Positions 13,601 through 26,337 of a stretch of DNA of 64,000 bases are shown piece after piece. This DNA comes from Enoplolaimus lenunculus (taxonomy: Eukaryota): NCBI GenBank assembly GCA_030248215.1, contig JASANG010003984.1:1-64000 (forward strand), given 5' to 3'. The first letter of the stretch is position 1. Each line of letters opens with the position of its first letter. The notes beneath the pieces were generated by a model, which was not told the DNA's origin, did not search any database, and saw only the letters and a program-made list of their open reading frames with translations. Made by a program: the position numbers and the translations under genes.

Positions 13601-15427
13601 AATAGTATGTATTCAAGCCCGGAACTGTTTGTATTCGTGATAACATAAGGACCCTGATATATGTTTACGGACCCGCTATTCACTGGCGGATCGAATTGGT
13701 TGATGCCTACGCCTAATCCCACAATACGGACACCAAACGTGAAATTCTGTTCAAATTTAGTACTAAAATTGCGTTCAGCTACTCGCTGGCTTCGCTTGCG
13801 AGTTTTTTTTCTTTTTCAATATTTAGTGTACGGTTCCATCGTCGAAAAATTTTGGATCCGTCAACTGTCATTGTTAGCCCTAAACGCTGTGTATGATTCC
13901 GGCTTTCAAGTCACATGATATGCGCTGGAATTGACTGTCAAAACAAGCAGCCAACGGATTTCAAATGCGAGCTTATTTCACTTCTATTTTTAGCTGAACA
14001 AGTGATTTTATATTCGTTTTTTTGCTGCATGGTTACTTAGCTATACAGCGAACAATATGTATTAATTTTATTCAGTTTGTTTGCCAATTGTACCATAATT
14101 GAACCACGGGATATTGATGATATATACCCTTCGAAATTTATATTTGAATAAACGACCCATAGTTAAACTCTAATTTAGTATTGACGGATTCTAAACGTTT
14201 TTTTTTTGAGCTACGCTGGTTCTCAGATTACAAGTTCCACGTATACCCTAACCGAGGTGAACTTGTCTGCTTATATCGTTGTTGTTGTGCTAGAACTGTG
14301 TAACCGAAAGATGGTCGGTACAGTACGCCATGGTCTCGAACATTCTGGCACGGCATATTTTTGTTTTGGTTCAGAAAATGGCCAGGTGCCAGCGAACAAC
14401 CAGCGTATGACTAGCGATTATTATTCGTCGTTAGAGTGGGTTATTTTTAGCTTTTAAAAATATTGAGTTTAGCGAGTATTTTCAACGATGTACAGTGAGA
14501 TATTTACGACACATCAGGCGTTTGTTATTGTCATCGTTGTTCGTTTAATAATTTATTTTTCAAATCGTTTGGGTTTTTTTGGTTTGTTTAGCTTGGATGC
14601 TCGTTGGACTATTGCGACTGTGTCCTTGTGTGTGTGTTTTTTTACTTGTGATTTTAATTTGTTATCATCGAGTTAGATTAAAAGTTTGGTATGTCACTGA
14701 CACGTTGTATTGTGATGAAGGCCCATGTATAGGACAGGGCCGGATCGTTTTCTGGAGGGGCTATAATAGAGTCAGTTTAAGCTTTAGACTATTTTTTGTT
14801 GCTTAGGCTTAGGCTTAGGAATAGGAATAGGCTTATACTACTGTTCCGGCCCTGTTCTATACATAGGTCGTGATGAATATGGCGTGAAATTTTGAAATTA
14901 AGTTAATATAATTTTTTTAATTTTTAGGAATGGGTGCTGTACGCTGTTAGGTGTCCCCATATGTTGTCCATTCACCAAACCGTTGACCAATGCACGTCAT
15001 ATACAAGGTTGTAGTCTCGTGATTTCAGTTAACTTTATGTAACTAAATTTTTTAAACCTTTAGGTTCCGGAAGGTGATTTTGAAGCTTGTCAAAAGTAAA
15101 TTTTCTATTCGCTCTCCCGAAATTTCTGAAGGAGATATATTTCCTGTACCGTTCTATTTGTATTCGCTCGTGGTTATAGAGAGAAGTTAATAGCGCCTCT
15201 AAGCAAACTTATAGATTATTACCATTTCTAAATGCAATTTTTCTGCTGCGGTACTGTTTGATGTCATAACCACTGTTCAGATTAAGTCATTTTTGACAGC
15301 TTTCTATGACATATTTTAAAATTTTTTGACGTGAATACAAAACCTATTTTGCCTGGTTTGCAAGCGGGTCGATCGAGTACGACCCCCAGCGGCGGCCGTG
15401 GTCCCCCCCACCGTACTATTAATTTCA

Positions 15428-15752
15428 GGCCCATAGCCAGCTCACCTTGCTAGGGATGCTAGAAGTGTTTCAGGAGTTGCATACAAGAGGTTTCGTTGAC
15501 TTTACAAGCAAGGTTGAAAAAATTTCTAGGGGGGGAAGTTTTCCAGGGGGGCAAAAGTTTTCCAGGGGGGGCAAAAGTTTTCCAGGGGGGCAAAAGTTTT
15601 CCAGGGGGGCAAAAGTTTTCCAGGGGGGCAAAAGTTTTCCAGGGGGGGGGCAAAAGTTTTCCAGGGGGGGGGGGGGCAAAAGTTTTCCAGGGGGCAAAAG
15701 TTTTCCAGGGGGGCTAAGTCTGAGCTCCCCTGCCTACCTTTGGCTACGGGCC
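15428..15752. mobile_element. GGCCCGTAGCCA-ended MITE with internal ~19-20 bp tandem expansion (GGCAAAAGTTTTCCAGGGG, ~15529-15712); unexpanded copies at 7948-8118, ~15993-16148, 16523-16660, 17450-17610, 17970-18113
   Basis: TIRs GGCCC(A/G)TAGCCA / TGGCTACGGGCC and shared core gttgacttacaagcaaggttgaaaa. Confidence 0.8.
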
Positions 15753-18700
15753 CGATAAACTGCTATTGTCATACGCGGCGATGTGTGTCAGCAAGGGCGT
15801 ACGTCGAAATGTTTCTTCGAGAAATTTCGGTGATTTTTGGATATTTGTCAAGTCAACTGACGCGTTTACAACAACAGCTGAAAAAAACACGTTGGTTTTT
15901 CAATATTTGAAAACAAAGAAAATAATATCACAAAAACATGTTTACATCGTTTATTTGAAAAACATTTTGTGTCGCCCGGAAACGGGCAAGTAACCAAGGC
16001 AGAGGGAGCTTAGCGTAACTGGAAATATTTTAGCCCCCCCTAGAAGGTTTTCAACCTTGCTTGTAAGTCAACGTAAACCCTTATATGGCCGTTGTGAAAC
16101 AAAATTTTTTTAGCCTTCCGCCCTAGCAGGATGAGCTGGCTACTGGCCGGCGCGGGGGTTAATAATCGGGTGTGCGTGAGTCACAGTTGTTTTCGTCAAG
16201 CTGGATGTGGTTCGCTAGCTTACGAGTCATCGACGGTTTTAGCTCATACCCGCCTACGTCAAATATTTTTCAACTTACAACTAAAATCTTTTTTAAATTG
16301 GGCTTTGAAATTAAATTAATAGCAAGTGAAATTTTATTTTTTTCGGCGAAAAATAAAACGGTGGGTACTCAAAAGTTGAGTTGACAGGAAATTTTGAAAA
16401 TATATTTTTGCCTATACAATAATTATTTTTGGCCAAGAACACCATATAATAGCCCCAATGGTGTATATACTAGGGTGGTATACATACAGGGGGCACACAC
16501 ATAGATATATACGTATATATTAGGCCCGTAGCCAGCTCATCTTGCTAATAGGCTGGTAAAAAGGGGTTTTCATTGACTTAAAAGTAAGGTTGAAAATGTT
16601 CTAGGGAAGGTCAAATTTATTCCAGGGGGGCTAAGCCCTTCTTATCTCCCTATGTTACTCATAGGTTAAGGTGAGAGAAACGGTACACGAATCATACATT
16701 TTACCAATGAAATATCTATATTTTTGCCCAAGGACAAAAGGGATATAAATAGCCTCAGGTGAGTTATTATTATTATTATTATTCATTTATTTATTATTAT
16801 TATTATTATTTCCGAAACATAAGGTTACTCACAGGTTCAATGAGTAATACCAGACTCTTGTAAACGTCGTAGGCGTACAAACCTTAGTCATAATTTCTCG
16901 GTTTTGTTCTTAGAAATCCATGCCGGTCTGAAGAGTGGATTTTGTTTCCATAAGTATCATTTTTGATGTGTGATTGGTTCAAATTTCTACCGGTTTGCGA
17001 CTTTATTCAGCGTATTTTGTTCGTTAAACGTTTCGTTTTGGATATATTCTTCCATTTTACCCGTTGTTATATGGTAGTGTGTGAAATTTCATTGGCTAAC
17101 ATAGCTACGGTTGTTTTTATTAACTGCATGCAAGTGCAATTTTTTCCTGCATCGGTTATATTAAGTTTCTTTGTTCGTCGGTATATGCGCACGGTAAATG
17201 TATGTAAAGCAAAAATGATTGTGATACATGTGAACATTAATCGAAGTATGAAGTTGATGCAGTGACCGTGTGAGTGGTAGCATGCTTGACTCGAGTGCAA
17301 GAACGTCGATGTTCGAACCCGTGGTGTGATCCTTTGTTTGGGCAAAACTGCGAATAGGGGTTGGAATAGTCCCATTCTTATTATTGTTCTGCTAGAGTGT
17401 AGCAATAGCCGTCCGATATTAAATTCAATTCGTCGAGGGACAGGCCCGGTCACCGTAGCCAGCTCACCTTGGTATGGCAGCTAAAAAATTTTTCACAACG
17501 GACATACAAAGGTTTTTGGTTGACAGGTTGAAAATTTTCTAGGGAGGCCAAAATTTTTCCAGTTGGGGCCGACGCACCCGCGGACCCGTTCGCCCTTGAC
17601 TACATGCCCATTGAGGCAACAACGAACCTAACTACAAATCTCACTATCGCTGCTTGATCCGGAAACAAAAGTTTCAAAATTTATTGTTACATTTCACTTA
17701 CGTAAATTTAAGGAATGTTTATTTTGAAGTAATTCAGTATCAGGAGTCGATGATGTTTAGTTTGTGTAAACATACAGCCTTTGTTTTCGCCGGTTTCCTG
17801 TTCAACTCGCGTACGATTTACACTTGTCCCCCGCTCGCCACCCCACCAACCCCCTTCATCAACTTGTTATGTTTCTCTTAAACACAGGGGTGTAGCTTAG
17901 AATTCATTTATTGACGGTAGTAAACTCAGACAGAGAAAATTTTGTTGGCCTATAATAAGTACCAGGTTCGGGCCTGTAGCCAGCTAACTTGCTAGGGGGG
18001 GTTAAAACTTTTTCAGGAGGGGCAGTCAAAGGTTTTCAATGAGTTACAAGCAAGGTTGAAAATTTTCAAGGGGAGGCTGGGGCCCCCTGCCCTCCCCCCT
18101 TGGCTACGGGCCCGGGTAGGTTATTTTAACGTGTGTAAGTGCATTTTTAGCGTCCAAGGATTTCAGGGGGCGGGTCGGGCATGCATTTCCTCGTTTCTTC
18201 CTGCGGTATGCGACGCTCTTGTCAAATAGTTTTGAGTTTATTTAAAAAAATGTTTTTTGACAGTCTGTTAAAGAGTTGTATAAACTTTGATATTTAATAG
18301 TATATATATATTCATTTATTTATTGATTTGTGGCTTGTTCGTGCCGTGCTATGTGACGGTTTACACTAAATAAATTCTTTCTATATCTGTTTAGTTTTCG
18401 TTGTAAAAGTTCAAAGTTTGCTATTGCAATTATATACGCAATTGCAATTTTTGTGCAGAATAGTGACAGTCTCGGCTGTGTAGAGCTTGCATTTAATAGT
18501 TGGTGCTCAATATATATATAGATATATGTGTGTGTATGTGTGCAATTATTATTTGAACTTTTATGAAAATATTGTCTCAAAATTTTCGGTGATAATTTTG
18601 TATTTCACAAACTGGTCTGTTGTGTTCTTTGCGATGAGAACTGAAAGTGATTCAAGGTTATACAGGACGGTCGCGTTTGTCGCAGATGGCTGGCTTGTGT

Positions 18701-19042
18701 TCAAGCTAAAATCACTTTTTGAACAAGTATTAGGACTTATGGATCCCAAATGTTAATTAGTTTTACTACATGAGGTTGTACCCATTCGAAATACAATCAA
18801 GTCTACATCGCTCGGGTGAAAAGTTGAAAATATCACTGAATTGTGGATTCGATGTCATTTTTGATTGGATTTTCTCGGAATTTTTTCTGAACTCAAAACT
18901 GCGTTCAACGACCTGGCCCATGTATAGAACAGGGCTTCCGCCTGGCCCCATCTTGGCTACAGGCCCGGGTCCCTGTGTCATAGATTGTAGCTAATTTGCA
19001 TTGTGGGACGTTGGCATGGTCCAATGTTCACTTTTTTCGCCG

Positions 19043-19318
19043 TATATGTCGTAGGTCTATCTGCTATTCAGGCCAATTACAAATTGGCCTACGCCAATCT
19101 GCCATTTTATGTAATGGTAATTTCGAATTGGCTCAAATGCTGTTGAACTTATAGACAAGTCCGATTTGATTATTTGAACAGACGCATGTCCGTTTATCCA
19201 ATCAGCGTTAGTTTTACATCACTGTTGTTTTGTTTGCTCTACATCTCATAATCGCTATTTGGCCTTGGTCAAACTGCTATTTGCTCATAATAACAGATTG
19301 ACCTACGACATAATATAT
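19043..19318. mobile_element. MITE with TGTCGTAGG(T/C)C.ATCTGCTAT TIRs; short relative at ~61207-61288
   Basis: Inverted termini and a second copy. Confidence 0.65.
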
Positions 19319-22300
19319 ACACCCTTTAAACTTTTACTTGAAAACCCATTAAGGGCAAACAAGATAAATCAGGCACAAAATCGACATTCAGCTACGGTAT
19401 TTTTATATTGCACCCTGTTTCTAACATGTTTTTGAAACTTTGCTCTCTTTTACCACTATACACAGCCAATCAAATACCTGCAAAATATTTTTATTAAGAA
19501 TTTTTTCGAAATATTTTGATAAATTCATCAACTCTTAAAAATCATCTATTAATTAAAATCACCGCAACACGCTGCTTACTGTAATCCAACTTAATTCTTT
19601 CTGGCGTACCATTAAAGCCAAATTTACTAGCTATATAGATAACTTTTCAAAATGGCTGACACCATGATTTAGCTAGGTATTAGCTATGTATATTTGTATA
19701 AAAAACCCAACAAAACATCGTTTGTGTACCATGTTGCGCCGGTCGCCGCGTACCCGATGCTATTCTGTGGGTAGACGCATTGCTTGCCTTCTAGGGTCGG
19801 GCTAGCTGGCTGTTGAAACGTTGTTTCGCGTATATATATATAGAAGACTACCCTCGAAGACAGGGACAGAGACACAAATCGATGAAAATAAAACCCTATC
19901 TGCGCCTGGCTGTCCCTGGCGCGTATAACGAGATCGGTTTGTTTTGAGTTCTGCGGACTCGAAAGCAAAAAAACCATTGTTTTTATGGCACATTCCGCGG
20001 GTCGAAATCTAGGATTTGCTTCGCTATAGAGTGCCAGGCTCGTAGCCACCGACTGTGAGTAAAACGGGGGGTAACAAGACTTTTAGAAGATGTAAGGATA
20101 ATTTTTAAACATCGCATTGTTTTAATGGTGTCGAAAAATATTCGGTCATAGAGGGTCGCATAGCGCTAAGATATACGTTGGGAACGGTGGTGCCCGTCCT
20201 GGTCTCCCCGTAGTCGCGGCCGCTTGCTGGGTTTTAGCGAAATTAACATCGGCAACTCGCGAAAGCCATATAGACTGAACTAGCAGTACTAGCCTGACTT
20301 TGTGTATATATCTGGTTTGTTTCGGATTTTATACGCCTGGCTAAAATATAACCTAAAAATACAATATTTATAGACTGTTATTTTGTTGATATTTTTGCTT
20401 AATCATAGGATTTGGTTTTGTATCGGTTAACAGAACTTTCCAAGGTTTACAGGGTTTTTGGACGATTATTTTTGGGTTTAATGTAAATTGTACATTTGCG
20501 TCAGTTGGCTAAAACGGGAATAAGCCAAAAGTTATTATGCATAGATGGCGGGAATTTTTAGCTATTATGACGTGACTGTGGTTAAAATATAAAATTTAGC
20601 TAAAAATTTATAAGCGACCAATCTGTTGAACCTTAGGCTTATGGTTAGACTTATGTCTAGGCTTACGTTTAGGCTTAGGCTTAGTATGCAGGCCCTTATA
20701 ACTACGATGGGTCATTCGGTCTATAGTCATTCGAGAATACGGGTCCGGGTACAAAGTTATACTATGCTTCTATGGACTCTACTTCACCAATCTAACTGGA
20801 ATTTTAATTGATTTGAATGAGGTTTAATCTTTAGTAAATCTCAATTAAGCTTAACGACTCTGTGACGTGCATTTTTTGTACCGAATTTATGTCGATGTTT
20901 ACTTAGCTAGCAGGTGTCGAGCAGGAAGTAAATTTCACCAGAACAGGAACATGAACAGGAATTGAATTTTTGCAGGAATTCTGGCCGAAATACGAATTTT
21001 AGTACAACCTTGCTACTATATATGTGCTTGATTGAAAATTTATTTGATTATTTTATCTAAATAGCGCAGTGTCTAAAGTCCAACAACTCATGTGCTCTCG
21101 ATCGAAAGTGTTTACCATCACCGCTCGACGACTCGACCTTGGCTGTAGCCTGAGTGGGTGGCTCACTTAAACCACCATATATTAAATTGCTCTTGTACTC
21201 TTTGTCCGGCAGGTTTAAACTCCGCGGTTTAGTGTTAACTTTAATAAAAGATTTACCTAAATCTAAGCCTTTTACCTAAATCTAAGCCTTTTTTTTAACA
21301 TTTGCGCTAACTAAATGTGACGGAAAGGGAATACAGGAGCCAATTAAATTTTAATCCGGCCGCAAAACGCGGTATCGTATTAAATTCAGCGAATCAAATT
21401 AACCAGTACTTACAGTGTTAAAGAGATGATAGGAAAACAACTTTAGTAATTTTATTAATTCGTCGTAAATATTTTGCTATTAAAATTGAAATACTGACCT
21501 CAGCAGGGCGAGATCACCACTCACAGGTGATGCTAAACGTTTTTTATGACCGGCAAACACGGGGTTTCGATGACTTACAAAGGAAAGTTGAAAATTTTCT
21601 AGGGGGACAAAAATTACTCCAGGGGGCGGAGTCCTCCTGGTTCCCTACTGGATACGGACGGGCCCAGTTCAACTTTGCTATTCTAGTTTTGCAGTATAGC
21701 CCATGTATAGAACGGGGGCTTGCAGTATTAAGTTGATGATAATTTTTGTGGCACATCAAGGCGTATCTGGGCAATATCTTGTAGCAACTGGTAAACTTTG
21801 AGTAAAATATTCTTGGGTAAGTCCTTGCCGTAGTGTCAGGCCCCAGGAACAGTATTAAATATTTTAAATTTAATTTCACCTATTGATATTTTGAATGAAA
21901 ACATTACGATACAAGCGTAGTAGTAAAATCAAAATAATAACCATGAAATCTTTGGTTTGAACCGATTCTGACCGACAAAAGCGTCAATCTGAGCCTAAGC
22001 ATAAGCCTAACTGTAAATTTAAACTTAAAATATAAGCTTAAAACCTATGACGGTTGTAAGCTTATGCCTAACTTTTGGCCAAAATGTCAATATTACGAAA
22101 ACTGCGCCACGGAAAGCGTGTAAGGGTCTCTACTTTATATGGGACCTGCTCTTATACAGAACCCAGTATAGTTTAGCTGATATCAGTTTTTCCGCTGTAG
22201 TAATGATTTATTAATGTGATATAAAGTTATCATATACCTCTATAGGTAAACGTTTATTTTTTAGAATGCATAAATATCACTTAATTATTACATTAACCCT

Positions 22301-24859
22301 TGGTATATAATAAGACTACTTATATGTTAATATCAATGACCTCAATCTAAGTTTCAGCCCAGTAAAGAGGTCACTGTATTAATCAAATATAAGTGAACAC
22401 AGGTACCACATGGCACTAGACAAACAAACTCAAATTAGCATAGTTAGCTACCAATTTTTCGCGGAATTAGCTATCAAATGACGCACAGGCAATATTTATT
22501 CAGCTCACTTGCGCAGTGTTCTGTTAATGAGTTTGTGTAACCCAAATGCCGAACTTTTTATATTTCGATGAAGAGTTGGTCGAAAATAATTTTTTTGTCG
22601 GTTCAAAACGTCCGTTCAAACGTATAACTGCTGGATCAGCATGCAGAACTTACTATTATATTTTTATATTTTACCGTACTGTAAATATTGCATAGTAAAC
22701 GTTAGCATTTACGTGTTTCGTTCGGTGAATTTGTGAGTTCATTTTCGGTTGAACTTATTTATTTCAAAGCCTGAACTTGAATACTTTGTACTTGCTAATA
22801 GCAGGAAACATTCACAAATTGAATATGATCGTTTAGTCGAACGCAAGCCGAACGAAATGCGAGGAATAAAGGTTTTAAAATGTTTCAAATTGACGCATTC
22901 GCCATTTAGGATCAAATTTTTAGTTTGCTAGCAATGGAACTTTTTTTGTAAGTTTTACCCTCGGAAACCGATTCCTGGCTACAATTTTGGCTTTCGTTCC
23001 GCTTCTAAGTTATATACAGCGGTAAAAAAATTGCACACTGTACATTTCAGTGAGTTGATTTTAACTCAGAATGAGCTGAATCCACTCAGACGTTGGAGCT
23101 GTGAATGAGGTCTTTCAGAACGCAGAACTCTAAATTGATTGAACTCATTCTGTGTTACCTAATCAACTCACGCAGAATTTAATTAGTTAAGTGCACGTTA
23201 ATGTTTACTAATATTCACTCAGAAAATGGCGAGAAATAACTAATTGTCCCTCTGAATTAATTAATCAACTCATCGAAATTTACAGTGTACAACTCGTCGT
23301 TGTATTCCGTAACATTCATCGGAATGCTACTGTTTACATATATGGTTTAGTTTTTGGAACGTAAATGTTTTTGTCGTCTTGGTGTAGGCATGGAAGTTTC
23401 GGTCTGGGCAAAGTCTTGGTATTTGGCAGGTCGCAGTCTCGAATGTTTTGAGTCTGCTGGATGGTTCAGAATCGAGTCCAGAAGTCGACGATTCAGCAAA
23501 TGTATGCGGTTGTTTTGTTGAAGTAAGTGATGCCTGATAAATAACGTTTTGGCTGTGAAATCTCATTGAAATTTTCTAGTTACGCAATAATTATTAGCAG
23601 ACATTTTGACAAAAAACATAAAAAAACTGTGAAAAACACAAAAAACTACAAACAAAGCATTATTATTTTTGGAAAATTGTAATTTTTTCACAACCAACTA
23701 TAACATACAGCCGGTAAGTGTACAAGAACCGAGTATATTTCTCAGTTTATCGTACCAAAACAAAGGTGGTTTAGTAAACACAAGGCGAAGCTTAAAATAG
23801 AAGACATCCATATCAACGATTTAGTAGTTTCTTTAAAAATAACACCATTTGCTATGGAAAAAATGGTAGTTTTAAAAGATTGAAGAAAAATGTTTGTTTA
23901 CATTTTAGGGTCGACGTTTGGCTGACTGCCATCAAAAGATATTAAAACCCAATCAAAAATAGGTAGGTACTATATGACAACAAAAACTTGTTTACAGTAT
24001 ATTTCGAAAATAGGTTGAAGATATGGTTTCCATATGATGAACTGGTTCACAAATGGACTTGCGTTCCGAGTGAGTTTATCAATTGTGATTGGTGAATCAC
24101 GTGCGTTGTGGAGTATGTGACCAAATTGTAGTGTTCCTAAGGGTGATATGGTCGTCTTACCCGTGGCGCGAATGAGGCATGGGGTACCACGACAATTCGT
24201 CACCCGACCACTCATGGCCCAACAACGTGCCGCCCGCCAACTCGTCGCCCGGTAACTTGTAATCTGAAATTGCTTCTATTTGACAATTCGTCGTCCATCG
24301 TTATGGTTAGGCTTAGGCTTAGGATTACGCTTAGAATTATGCTTAGATTTATTAATAGGCTTTAAAACTCTGACGACGAGTTGTCGGACGACGACTTGTC
24401 GTAGATGCCGAGGCAACGATAGCTGATAGGAAGAACGCGTTCAACAGAAGGGTAACTAGGATTTCGGAGTAACCACCTATTAACCCTGGTGTCGAAAGTT
24501 TCTTTGCGATCGAGCCCAGTAACTGAGCCATGACCCTTCGGTTCCAGGGTTCCAAAAAATCATCCTGAACCCTGTGTAAAATACTTTTGCTTTTTCAAGA
24601 CATTTCGAAAGTGGCGATATATTAGTTGGTATTATCCTTCCCGTTGCGTCCAGTCCTCGGTGTTTAATGGATCAATCCGAGATTATGTACCATGAAATTT
24701 TTGGAGATGTGCAGACACAGTTTTTTTTGCCGAATATTAAACGTTTGATCATGAAGGTACTTCTTTGTGAATGATTAATTTTCCATGAAAAATTTAGCTG
24801 AAATATTTTAAAATTATTAACTCTATTCCTTAGGTTCAATTCATCAGTGTTTACTTCCG

Positions 24860-24914
24860 TTATTATTATTATTAGTATTATTATTACTAGTATTATTATT
24901 AGTATTATTATTAG

Positions 24915-25003
<89 letters not shown>

Positions 25004-25016
25004 GTATTATTATTAG

Positions 25017-25048
<32 letters not shown>

Positions 25049-25106
25049 GTATTATTATTAGTATTATTATTATTAATATTATTATTATTAGTATTATTAT
25101 TATTAG

Positions 25107-25138
<32 letters not shown>

Positions 25139-25231
25139 TATGTTGTTGTTGTTGTCGTTGTTGTTGTTGTTGCTCCTGCTGTTGATTATGTTATTGTTAT
25201 TGTTATTGTTGTTGTTGTTGTTGTTGTTGTT
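24860..25231. repeat. Compound (ATT/AGT)n-(GTT)n microsatellite
   Basis: Seen directly. Confidence 0.95.
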
Positions 25232-26031
25232 TAGTTGTCGCCAGTCTGTATCGTACAAGGAGTAAACAAGTCGCGCCGGGGCGGCCGGTCGAAAATTGCG
25301 GTTGCATTTTCAGTTTTGTGCAATTGTGCGCACGCGTACAATGCAGCGCATTGCACATTGCGATTAGTAGTGCAATTCTACAATTTGTTGTGGTTGTTTG
25401 CGGAAGTTCGGAATATGTTGTATTTGTTTGTTTGTTTATTTGTTTGTTTGTATTTCTGTTCGATTGTTGTTTTGTTGTTGTTATGTGTCTTGTTTAGTCA
25501 ATTTGTTTTGTAGAATTGTATGTTCGGTGTTGGTTCCGGTACGCGTTTTACGGTTACTGCACTGGCGTCGGGAGAAAATTATATTTAGGGGCATCGAATA
25601 ATTTTTGGGGTGAGCCGTACAATTGCAATTCAAGATTGTTTACTTTTAGACTAATTGTATTCGGGGGACCCCAGCCTAATTTGGGGCTGGGGGTTGCACG
25701 GCATCCAATGCCCCCTCATGTGGATGCCCTTGGATGATGGTAGAGTGTTTAGCTTACCGGTGTTTAAGGCACCATAGTCGAATCTGAAACTATACATATC
25801 GCTCTAACGTACGGTTCAGCTTGCGGCGCTGAACTGAATGCTGAAATAACTTTCGTAATCAAATCCCGGGTCCAATTGTTAAGTAAACTATCGTTGGCAG
25901 GGTGTCAAATCAGTAGTTATTCGATCATCTAAACCAGCTAAGTGTAACCTTAAAGCAAAAAGCCGCTAAAGTTACAAGGAAAACACTTATTTATAACGTT
26001 GAATTCAGCGTAACCCAGCAAAACTTTAATT

Positions 26032-26228
26032 AAGCCCTATTCACACGTGCAAGTATTTGCAGCAATAATTCGCACATGGGACATGCACAAATTATTCATA
26101 CAAATTCATGTCCAGATTCAGAATGAAAATATATAACGTTTCCTGGCAAATACTTGCAGCTGCAAAAACTCATGCAAGCTGCAGCTGCGAGTTCTTGCTT
26201 CAAACGCTTGCACGTGTGAATAGGGCTT
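26032..26228. mobile_element. MITE with AAGCCCTATTCACACGTGCAAG TIRs; copies at ~35550-35735 and ~5349-5680
   Basis: Perfect ~22-bp terminal inverted repeats. Confidence 0.8.
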
Positions 26229-26293
26229 TATAAACATGTTTGTTTATCATATTTTATTTTTTTATATATATTATTGTTTTTATTGGCTAGACA

Positions 26294-26337
<44 letters not shown>

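Noticed and set aside
19143..19165. TTGAACTTATAGACAAGTCC as a TTGAA-family miRNA
   Set aside because: Lies inside the 19043-19318 MITE.
24847..25185. Low-complexity ORFs (poly-Ile here; also 15447-15758, 28937-29309, 30336-30650, 56951-57274)
   Set aside because: Translations of microsatellites and tandem repeats.
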